Below, piece after piece: positions 23,701-34,877 of a DNA stretch of 64,000 nucleotides (positions are counted from its first letter, which is position 1; each line of letters starts with the position of its first letter). This stretch comes from Microthyrium microscopicum (Eukaryota): assembly GCA_010405405.1 (NCBI GenBank), contig MU004238.1, positions 445,530 through 509,529 on the forward strand, written 5' to 3'. A program made the translations under genes and the position numbers. The notes beneath the pieces were generated by a model, which saw only the letters and a list, made by a program, of their open reading frames with translations, was not told where the DNA came from and ran no database searches.

Positions 23701-25844
23701 GTCTGCATTTGGACCTTTGCTAAACTTGATCCTTGGTTACGCTATCAACACGAATTTGACATCAGATCGCCGATAAAGTTTCAACTTGGGAAGAAAGCTT
23801 TTCTCTTTGGTTTGTTGCTCATTTAGCAAGCTGACAAAGACTGGCTATCCTCAACCAATTCACCAATCTTGGTACAGAAGAGTTTCACGGTCTGATGGCT
23901 CTACTGCAAGGTAATGCTGACAGTTGTGCCGAGTTGAAGCTTTGGTCAGACCGCTGCTTTTAGCGAGGAGAGGCCGAGCATAAGGGCCTTGAAGATGGTT
24001 TCCCTTGTTAAAGGTACAAGGTGATAGGGATGGAGTTGTAGAGTCAGCGTAATCTAAAGCTCTCGTAGAGAAATGTTGAAGCATCAGAAAATGTCGAATG
24101 AGGGGGAGTCAATGATGCGAAAGAGCTCAAATATTTAAGAAGAGATATGGAGGGGCATTACCGAGTATTTCGAGGGGAATTTACCTTGTCCAAACATTAC
24201 AGGTAAATTGACAAGTCGCACATTTCTCGGCTCTGAGAAATGGATCAATTAGCTTCTTTGCCTGTATCATATTTCATATCCATGACCTCAGCACTCATAA
24301 TCGTGAAGAATCTGCATGGTATTGTCTAAACTTGCATCTAACACCAAAGCAGCAGCATGATAGCAGATCAGGGTTCAGCAACGTAGATGCCGATTACCGC
24401 AATTGTATCTTTTATGTTCACTGAGCAGTCGATCAATGTTCCCCGTTTCATACATCGTGAGGCGAACGGTTCAGGAACCCGGTGATGTGCTTGTTGCCGT
24501 TGAGCCGCGCGATTTCCATCTCCAGATGAGTAAGTCGGCAAAAGGCTGGAGGTGGGCGGACAGTCCATGGAGTCTATGGCCTTACTGATTGGGAATCGGC
24601 GTTCAGGTGATGCTAGCAGTAGCACAGAACGAGAGAATTCCCCTCCATAATCTTCTGCAGGGATACAGTATCATGTCTCGTTATTTGAGAAGATTTGGTA
24701 TCTACTACTCTACTTTGTAGGCTACCAACTAAACCCACAGGAGTTGAGTAAAGTCCGAAAACACGCGGGCTTTGAGCATTTGACTTGCGCCGAGCCGCTT
24801 GAGAAGCTCGTCAAAGTCGCCCCTTTAGAGATTGAAGAGTGGACATGGTATGACGCATCTTTGCGCGCAACGTTATGGCTTCATACTGGGAAAAATACGC
24901 GTAGACGATAGGAGGCTTCGATAGGTGTAAGAGGCTATGGTGAACTCGGCGGAGGATGATTTTCTATCCGATACCAGGGGATGATCTTGCTGGCATAAAC
25001 AGATCAAGAACAATCTCTGGGCGCCCATGATTTGGCATTTACGATGCAAGTATGCAGTATTTGAATTTAGCCATCTCGCCCACTATCGCAAAGTTTGTGA
25101 TTGCTGCTCCATTGGCGACTTGATAGCTACCTTAGCTGGTTAGAAAAGTGCATGGTGCTACAGTATAATTTTATCGTAGACGTCAACGACAACTTCAACG
25201 TGGAAAATGATTCCGCGGCGGCTTTGACAGCGGCATCTTTAGTCATGACAGGAGGGACATTAGTCCGCAAACAATGGAGACCAACCACCCTTAGTATTAT
25301 CACCAAAAGCAGCAAACGAACTCGCGTTAGCATGCAAAAAAGATTTAGGGCTACAATGGACATCAGTACGGGTACGGTGCAAGGCGTCGGGTCCGATGAG
25401 CATTCTCTTTCGGACATAAGTCAGCGAGTGAGTTCGCTCGATACTCCCCATTTCGTGAAGAAGATTACTTTACAGACTATCCCGTTTTTGCCCTTGCGCC
25501 ATGGCTTGCTGCATGCGAAGAAGCTTGGTCAGGATCGTTATATCGTCGCGTCAGCCTTGTAGTCCCCTAGCTATGGATGTGCTCACCATATCTTTCGACC
25601 TTTTGTCTGTATGCGAGTAGCTTTCTTATTTTAACACCCACAGGTCCCCAAATTCGTATTCCGTTTCCAGTTCTTAGCGCCTCCATATATATCTCTTCTT
25701 CCATTGAACATATTTCAGTATATATGTTCTTTGCCTCCCAACACTCATCACCTCACACCATCCAGTTCCTGAATAGTAATACACGCTTACCACAAATACT
25801 GGAATTTGACCTTCAGTCTTTCTACAATCAGAATATCACACATC

Positions 25845-26850
25845 ATGTCATCTCCACACAGTGATTCGTATGATTCCCACGCTAGAAAACGGGTGGGAAA
25901 AGCCTGTGATCGGTGTCGCTTAAAGAAATCCAAGGTACGCATTGCTTGCCACTATTTGCACGCTATTTTCTTACCATACAACAGTGCGACGGATCAAGTC
26001 CATGCAGTAGATGCAAAATAGACAACGCCATTTGTGTTTTTGGCGAGAGGAAAAAGTCTCAAGATAGAGTATATCCCAAAGGGTATGTAAAAATCGATGA
26101 CTTCACGAAGTTGCTTTTGCTAACATGTCCAGTTACGTGGAAATGCTCGAACAACAACAAACACAAGTCGTATCAGGTCTAAGAGAAACATACCGCATCT
26201 TGGTAGAAAAGAACCTGTGGCCTGGAACGCCACTGAAGGAGTATGAAGGCCATCCGCTCACACACGATATTCTCGAACGACTTAATGTATTACATCTCGG
26301 TGGTGATAGTCCAGCCGCATCCTCATTCGAAGACGATCTAGATACTTTACAGCAAAGACTAATGTCAGAAAACGGAGCATCATCGAATCGACAACGTAGA
26401 AGTTCTCCAAGCTGTTCAGAATCAGAACCTGGCCTATCCCATACCGACTCTCCACACAGCACTCCTCAACTACGAACATCGAGTGTATCGTCACCATACT
26501 CACGAAAGCGATCGCCTTCTACACCCCTAGCCGAAGAGGAGATAATACCAGTCAAACACCAAAGAACATACGAAGCTCCTCATCCCCGCAAACTCGAAGA
26601 GCTCCAACGACAAATAAGACAGCTGGGTCAGATTGAAGAACCATGGGTTGTTTCGAGTCCAGAAATGGACGTGCCACTCGATTTGTCCTTCGCCACCGAT
26701 GCGTCGAGCATGTACGATCCACTCTACGTTCCAAACAACCTCCTCGCGCAACAAAATTACATGGTTTCGAGTACGCCGTTATTCGGTGTTCCAACATTCG
26801 ATGCAGATTGGGATAGTTTTGCGCAATCAGGTCTCCATGGAACCATTTGA
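25845..26850 (+). CDS. Zn(II)2Cys6 transcription factor of the Fcr1/McrA-like type; exons 25845-25934, 25985-26082, 26133-26850
   Basis: Spliced product reads RKRVGKACDRCRLKKSKCDGSSPCSRCKIDNAICVFGERKKSQDRVYPKGYVEMLEQQQ...WPG.PL....GHPLTHDILERL. The Zn cluster is complete. The subfamily call is from recalled motif similarity. Confidence 0.9.
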
Positions 26851-27963
26851 TTTTACTAGTATACAACTACTACTCTTACGACGAAAACAGCGCCAAGATT
26901 TATTTGTACACTATTTGTTCATCGACGTCGCTCGTTCACGAAGATTACGAATTTCTCACGACACAAACACTACTATAGACAGGACCAGGATATTGGATGG
27001 GATTATTTGCTTTTGGGACCAAAGAGCGCGCAAATTCCGGTGTTCAGGGGCAGGTATCCGCCGTTCGGTGGAAGAGCTTCGGGTATTGATTTTTTTGATA
27101 TTGTAATCAATCGGTTAGGGAGATTGGAGAAAGCCCAACTAACTGAATAAGCATTCGGCAACGGGCTTGATTCAAGGAACCAATCTAATCATTAGTGAGC
27201 AAGAATGTGCTACATACACACCACTCAAAACAATAATATGCTCCTTACCAACTCATTCGACGGTTCCTTATCTGTGCGCTTGCTGATCTGTTTATTACTG
27301 AAGCTTTGGAATCATCCCAGATCTTACAAGCCACATCTTATGGTGACTCGTTGAGCAACAAAGCTAGGGCCTTTGGCTTGCTTGCTTGCTTACGCGAACA
27401 TTGACACGTGTGGCATGTGGGATAATTGGACATACCAGCTTTAACCTGGTGGAATTACAGCAGCTATGGCCGTTTTGATACCAGGTTGGAATTTGACTCA
27501 TTACTCAGAGTGAGTGAGAACTCGGAATATGCCAATCTGATTGAGAAGCTCAATAATACATCGCCCTTGCGTTTATGCCATATGGAATCTCCGCGCCATA
27601 AGTCCGTTCAGGCGCCGATACACAATCCGGAACCGGAGATCGGGCTGATAATTGTGCAAAGGCTCCGGGATCTTCAGTAAGAACACCATTTGAAAGGCAT
27701 CAGCTTCAATAATATCAGGCTCATGTGAAAAGTGTCAAACGAGGTGTCGATAGTTGGGGTACAACATCCGAAAACGTGCTCTGGAGGGGTCTCGGCCCCA
27801 ACACCAATCGGCATCGGTACAATTTACTTCTGGTTGTGGGGTTGTAATTGTGATCAGAACCAAATATTGAGCGTTATTGCATGAACAGTCAACTTCTGGC
27901 GAGATTCATTGGTCAGCATTGTCACAATCCCGCTAAGCTGATCACATATCTTGGAATCTAGAC

Positions 27964-29047
27964 ATGGCTTCTTCCGAGCAAAACAGCTCTGGTCTACCAG
28001 TTGCTGATTTCCTGCCTCTGGGAGCAATTATTCAGTCCTTTAGGGTTGGTGGTGTCAACATTGTCCAAAACTTTTCTACTTCGGAATTGTATGAACAATA
28101 CAATGAACCTTATTTTGGAGAGACGATTGGTCGAGTGGCAAACCGTATTTCGGGTGCGAAGATTGAGGATTTGAATGGTAAATCATATCCTCTTCCTGCC
28201 AACAATGGCCCGAATTGTCTTCATGGAGGAGCAAGTGGCTGGGGCAAGAAGGTATGGGACATGTCAGAACCCATGACGAATTCAGATGGCAGTGTCTCCA
28301 CGACTTTTCGCTATTCTAGCAAAGATGGAGATGAAGGCTTTCCAGGTGATACCAACACCACGGTCATATACACTCAGAGCATAGAAACATGTCCACTCGG
28401 AGAAACAGTCAGTGTACTCGAAATGGAGTACGAGGTCGAGTTGGTTGGAGATTTGGAAGAGACAGTCATTGGCATGACGAACCACAGGTAACGAGACGGT
28501 TCAGGAGCGATATCAACTTCTTATTGACATCACGACTAGCTATTTCAATCTATCTGGCGCAAAGTCAATCGAGAACACCCAAGTCACCCTCGCTACCGAC
28601 AAGCATCTGCCCGTGGATGACGACCTGATTCCTACAGGCGAGATCACTCCCTACCCAGGTGGCTTTGCCCACTCAACATTCACCCTGGGCCCTGAAGAGC
28701 CAGACATTGACCACTGTTTCATCCTCAATGAAGATCCATCTTCCGTAGCGAGCGATACACGAAGCAACGAAATGCAAAAAATTGCGTCGTTCTTTCATCC
28801 AGACAGCAAGATCCATCTGGAAGTCTACAGCACTGAGCCCGCATTCCAATTCTACACTGGCAAGTTCATCGATGTGCCAGCAGTAGGAGATCATCCAGCT
28901 CGAGGCCCTAGATCTGGTTTTTGCGTCGAGCCAAGTCGATATGTCAATGCAGTGAACACTGCAAAATGGAAGAGAATGGCCGTTCTCAAAAAGGGCGAGA
29001 AGTATGGTAGTCGATCCAAATATTGTGCCTGGAAAGCACGAGGCTGA
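27964..29047 (+). CDS. Aldose 1-epimerase (galactose mutarotase family); intron 28488-28539
   Basis: Motifs YFGETIGRVANRI, NNGPNCLHGG, DGDEGFPG, TNHSYFNLSG (across the intron), STEPAFQFYTG, GFCVEPSRY. Confidence 0.95.
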
Positions 29048-30383
29048 AGGCAAGGCTGAATGCGTTTCTTTTTTCGGCATCTTCCGCTTTGCGATTGAGT
29101 GTGCGTTAGTTCGGCATTATCCGCCATCTTAACTCCAACCTCCGTATATTCCTCCCTCCTGGTAGGAATAGAGGCAACGGGCATCATTGATATAAGAAGT
29201 TCCAATACTCTATTGGTCGAGAATGATCTCACCAATCAAATGTCAAATCTCCTATGCTTAAAGGTCAACAAAGTCCCATATGGCACGGTCCATGAAACAA
29301 GATTGAAGCCATCGTGAAAGATACCCCATGTCTTCGTCATAAATTCCCGATTATGTGCGCGTTGTTCCCTAGTTCTCCAATCATTTGGAATTCAGAGCCC
29401 ACCACCTAACCATTTACATCGATCGATATCGGTGCAAAACGTGGAAACTTGACGATGATCTCATTTTCACGGGAGTCTTCGCGGTTGGTACAAAGCTAAG
29501 TTGTTAGTTTAGTGGAACAAAGCCTGAAAAAGCTTGATTCTTAGTCCTTTTTGGGACGTAGATATCACCAATTGGTAACGAGATATCTGCATCTTAAAAG
29601 GACACTTGCCACTTAAGGTACAAGCTCATGCTTAAATATAAGCGACGGGTACTAAGAGTAGGGTACTTCAAAAGGCTTTGTTTTTGTATGCGCGATGAAG
29701 TCACTCATACCACAGCGACAGACGGCACGACTCCATTATTATAACCTACAGCTCTAGTAGCGCAGTTTATTACTCGTGTGGGAGCATTTGCCAACGTTAA
29801 ACTGACTTGCTGTTTCGCAAAAGCGGTCCTTTCCGCCCATTCTCAGTCAGCATTCGCCCAAGATGTTGGGTTTTATGCCTTGAATTCCTTGTTTTCTGCA
29901 CCACTTAAAGCAGTACGATGCGTAGTAGATCTCTGAATGTGCTGGCCTCATATGCATTGTGAGACGGTCAAACACCATCAAGTCTTCGCTCACTGCAATA
30001 ATGGAGAAAAAACAAGGTTTGACGAGGATACGAAGCCATCTCGTGGAAAATCTACGCTACAGAAGGTACTTAAAGGCTTATCAACATCATTCCGTAAGAC
30101 ACATGGACCTTACGAAACCTTAAAACAACACCGCTCAACGGTAAAGCAAAAGCCTGCATGGAGACACGCTCACTGCGCTTCAAAGTCTGGATAGTCGAAA
30201 CCTTTTCAATACACAACTGCAGCTAGGAAGATAGAAAGTGGAATGATATGCGTGGCTATTCCAAAGGTACACAACACAGCGGTTCTAGGTATAATAATGG
30301 TTTAGGCATTATCGTAGATCTAACTATGACATACAGAGGTAGGTATCGACGATGATTATCGTGGTGTTGTTACATCTTAAGAA

Positions 30384-32674
30384 TCAAAACTGTGGAGCCA
30401 CGCTGGAAAACCTCCTCCTGCGCATACTCTCCGTTGCCTGCGGACTCTTAGATCGATCGCGTTGGTTATTGGAATAGCCAAATTCAAGCATATCATCCTC
30501 GATGACATCTTCTTCTTCTATCTCGTCAATCATCTGCTGTGGTGGATCTACATCAAAGACCTCCTGCAATTCTCGATGCGCTTGGAATTGGCCAAGCACG
30601 TTGAACGTGCTAGTTGATCTCCTAATGGCGCCAGATTGCATGCCTCGCTTGGCTTTCTGCCACAAGTGCTTCCTTTCGAACCAGCTGATGGCGAGGAGGA
30701 TTGGCGCGTTCAAGACACGAGCTGCTGTGATATGAATCTTGTGGAACCAACGGGGTGTAATCACGAAGCGGAGAGGAACCAGAACGACGACTGCCAGTAG
30801 GTTGAAAGGCGGGCGGTAGGCGAAGACGGCGTCTGACTTGACGCCTTCAAAAGTGAGTACGGCACGACGGAACTGGATTTCTTGAGTCGCATCGGCTGCA
30901 ATTTTGGAAAAAGTATTTGACAGCATTGAAACCAAGATTGTAAGGAATAGTGTGTTGCCCAGGAAGGCGAAAGATATCATGAGAATTGGTCCAAGGATGA
31001 GATGAAAATCGACAGAGTGTTGGATTCCAGTGCCGTCCAGACCAAACCAAATCCATAGCATCCACTTTGATATTTCGACTGGCGGAATGTGAACATCTTC
31101 AGCGCCTCTCCATCTGCTCAGCCAGGACATGGCAAACAGAAAGCCGCAGAAGCACCAGAATGCGACAGCCGTGAGTACCAAAAAGTCGCGCATCATAGCT
31201 CGCAACGAGATGAACAGGAGGTTTTCTGGCATGATATTGAACGCAATCCTTGGAAACATGATGGGTGCAGCACACGCCAGTATATCCAGTGCTTGTACTC
31301 CAACCTCGACATTCCCACTGGCAGCTCCATGTGCGCGAACGATGAGGTAGACGGAAAATATGCCGCAGAAAGAGAGGTCGAGGAAGGACCAGAGATTCTG
31401 AGTATGAACCTGCCACCCGTGTTCAAGTATAGAAGCAGTTTCGTCCAACATCCATCCTGCTCCATATATGATGAAAGTTACCTCCCACCACGTCACAGTT
31501 GATTGTTCTCGATTGACCATCGTCATGACATATAGTATGAGAAGCACTACAAACTGAGCAAATTCCAAGATCGCCCGGGTTCGTGGTACGATCAGTCGGT
31601 AGTGATTCAGTATTGGCGCTTTACGAGGATCGTATAGTGACACACCGCGACGCTTGTAGTGATCAGGGATAATATCCATCATACTGTTGGGCGTATAGAC
31701 GATTCGGCCACGATATAAAGATTCTACTACTCGTTGGCAAGCAGTAGAGGCTAGAAAGGCTTTGCTCTCCGAGATGATCCCAACTTCCAAGGCATTCGTC
31801 ATCCTGTCCCACTGAATAGCACTGTTATTGATGTCTCTTTCATGCAATAGGCGCCGATTGTCTATAAGAACATCCTCTGGACAGTTTTGAAAAGGTTCAA
31901 ATCCAGACACCAGAATATTTGCGAGTACCAACAGGCCCATTCGCGTAGGATTTTCCTCGTTGAACTTTCTTAGAACTCGAGAAGCCAATAGCTCGCAAAG
32001 CGTCGCTCTGGTATTGTTGACTGTCTGGTGATGAGCCTGGAAAACCTGGTCGTGTAGAAATCGTTGGCGGTTTACAAGTAAACAGTAGACTATAAGAGAT
32101 TCAGCAACCAGTAACATCAAAACGAGTTTCCGGCGAACTCACCGATGGAGATATCGTCCGGATCAAAAAGTCGATCCGTCAAAGGCCTCACTATGGCAAC
32201 ATTGATTCTCGGGCTCATCAACTGATCAAGCGTATAAGGATCATCTACCACATGTAAGCCACATCCCAAATCCGTTCATGCTACAACTTACCGATACTCG
32301 CTAATATCAGACGCCGTATCCTACGAGTCCCAAATTAGCATTTTGTGATCTCACATGCATTCAACTGGCACATGGCCCGCCTCAATCGCCAATGACCAAA
32401 CATCCATCTTCCAAGCCAACTTTCAAAGTCTTCTCCTCCTTCCACAGAACCCCACTATGCTCGCAGGAAATTTTGCTTACCGATGTATGCTTTTGTAAAC
32501 CGGCAAATGACTATATGGATTGTGCTTATTCGTCTGCGCAGGAATAATACATCCTGAGCGATCAGCCGGCGTCTCTTCCCCCAGTAACGTCTCCGATTCC
32601 TCTCGTTCTCGCGCAAGTCGTAGGGCGTGTGAGATGGTTCGATGGATTGGCGGTGCGCGGAATATATCTGCCAT
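30384..32674 (-). CDS. Yvc1/TRP-like non-selective cation channel; exons 32674-32481, 32320-32292, 32244-32143, 32089-30384
   Basis: Spliced N-terminus HRIRRLILASIDDPYTLDQLMSPRINVAIVRPL...IVYCLLVNR. Multiple TM helices, pore-region WIWFGLDGTG and FAFLGNTLFLTILVSMLSNTFSKI, then EIQFRRAVLTFEGVKSDAVFAYRPPFNL. Confidence 0.85.
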
Positions 32675-33829
32675 CTTGATCCTAAGGTTCTTGTTTCTCA
32701 ATTGATTTGTTTGCGGTCGATGGAGTTTAGCAGGTTGAGAGGGGACTTGTAACTCCGGTCATCGGGCGTGGGGCTCTGCGAGCAATGAGGTCACTGGTGA
32801 TTTCGATTGGTGTAGAGGTAGTCTAAGGTTTGAATGGGGATCAAGAGAGTGGATCGCAGGTTTGCAGATATAGTAGAGAGAGTGAGGATATGGAAATTAT
32901 ATTTTGGAACAAGTGCTGGCAAGTGAACCAGAGTTGTAGATAGGAAAACGTGCTGGAGACATTTCGACGCGTGGGGAAGGGGAGCTAAGGTACCTGTCAT
33001 AGACGCGCTAACCGCGCATTAGATTGAGATCTTGAATCCGCCTATTTGATACTGGCACAACTAAATAGTGTTTGACATGTTTTCGTTGTGTAAGCTGAGG
33101 AGTCGGAGTTGTGTCTTGGAAATATTTGACAGTACTAGGAGACACTGGTCCAGATGAAGACATGCGGATTGACCCAGACATCGTCATGTAAAGCAACCAA
33201 ACAGCCTTACATTCTCCTCCCAAGTCGTAGCACTTAATGTACGTTAATCAGATCGTACAAGAGCGAAAGAAGACAGTTGTTCGTAGCATCGTCGGGCGCT
33301 AAAATTGCAGCGCAATACCACGAATTGATGTCATGGCGTCTTGCGATGCAACTCACAAATTTTAGCGTGTTAGTCAGACAAGCACAATTCAATCAATAAC
33401 ATCTTCATTCCCTCTCTCTATCCCTCTCACCGTAAGCCTCCCTGTCCCCACTCCTCTCCCATCCGTTCATCTCATACAACTCAACGCAATACAATACAAG
33501 CATGCAACCGGCTGATGATATCAAAGCAAAGCAAAGCTCAACCAACCACCCAAACGCCCAGTACATCGAAGTGTACGTTTTTTGTGCCCGTAACCCCGTA
33601 CACCCGATGCCATAAACGCCATATGCTCTTCGGAGAGAATAGAAGAAAGGAAAAGGGTAGTAGTAAAGTATGAAATGAAATCCCCAGATGCATATAAAAA
33701 GAGACCACTGAAGCCTTAAAAAACCCTCTGGGAATCGAAAAGCAGACCCAAGAGATGGCAAATGCGACCGCCAGATTGTAGACATAAGAAAGAGAGATGC
33801 AGGAAAGAGAAAAGAAAAAGAGCAATGAA

Positions 33830-34558
33830 TAAACACTCCTGGGTATGGTATATACAAAAGAAAGAATTCATACAGGCAAGGAAACATTCATACCTCCTCG
33901 GTTACCAAGCGCGGTGACAAATCCGATGTTGCACAGAGACGTCGGTGGTTGTAGTAATGCACTCATGAGTATTTCTCAGACATCGCTCGCAAGACTTTGG
34001 AATGACCTTTGGCACTGCGTAGCCTAATATGGATCTTTGTTAATTTTTACTCATGGACTCTAACACACGGATATCTCAAAATGTGAAATGCGAGGACGTG
34101 GAAATGGAGAACTTGCATACCTTGAGGACCGCGCATCCATTTTTCACCCAGTAAGACTTGGTCAAAGGGCTTAAGGTTATATATCATCCGATAATACGAG
34201 CATTCTTTCCCTTTGCCATTTTTATGGCACACTCTTAGGTATATGAGGCTCTATGGTTTTGGTTAGTCCTAAGCTAGATGACTTTGGAAATGAAACTCAC
34301 GTGCGTCTTGTCAATAAGCTACATCTCGTTAGACGGTTTTTTGGAAGCGGTTGGTGTATTTGAAGGCGCTGAGTCTGTAGGCGTTGGATTTGACGTTGCT
34401 GGAACAGAAGTCGCTGGAACCGATGGCGGAGGACTTGAAGTGGCTGGAACAGAAGTGGCTGGACTCGATGGCGAAGGACTCGGGGTCGTTGGATTCAGAA
34501 GATCCGCAATCGAAATCGAAATCCTCTGAGGTGGATGGCTCGCAGGCGGTGAACTCAT
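33830..34558 (-). pseudogene. Cryptic spliced Zn2Cys6-like gene with an in-frame TAG (34321-34319) and a probable 1-nt deletion in the zinc cluster; exons 34558-34301, 34250-34121, 34023-~33894
   Basis: Introns GTGAGT..GACTAAC..TAG (34300-34251) and GTATGC..ATTAAC..TAG (34120-34024) join the exons in one frame. Exon 3 encodes KSCERCLRNTHECITTTTDVSVQHRICHR, and one added T gives CHRCLVTEE(E/V)C. Confidence 0.6.
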
Positions 34559-34877
34559 CGCTCGTTTACCACAGGTGGAGATTTGATGGGCCCAGACGCG
34601 CTGGTGGTGAACTAAGCTGTTGCAACTGAGTCGATAGTCGTCAAAGTTCTGGTCATATAGGCGCCCTTAAGAAGTCTACAGATTTGGGGACCGTCTTTCA
34701 AGCCCAAATAACGACAGGCTCTGCAGCAGCCACCAATCCACAACAAAACAATCGACCGTGCCTTCCTCACTTCCATCCGCAGCTCCCTTCTCATGCTCCA
34801 AGTAAATTCGACGATCTTATGTCCATATCCTAAATGCCCTTCGGCGGACTTGGATCGACAGTCGGCTGGTCCATATT

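Noticed and set aside
28488..28539. Stwintron in the mutarotase gene
   Set aside because: The intron is a plain 52-nt GT-AG intron with one branch site and no nested donor or acceptor.
33405..33887. 160-aa Phe-rich minus-strand ORF as a membrane protein
   Set aside because: The hydrophobicity comes from T-rich sequence typical of intron and 3'UTR DNA downstream of the cryptic Zn-cluster gene.
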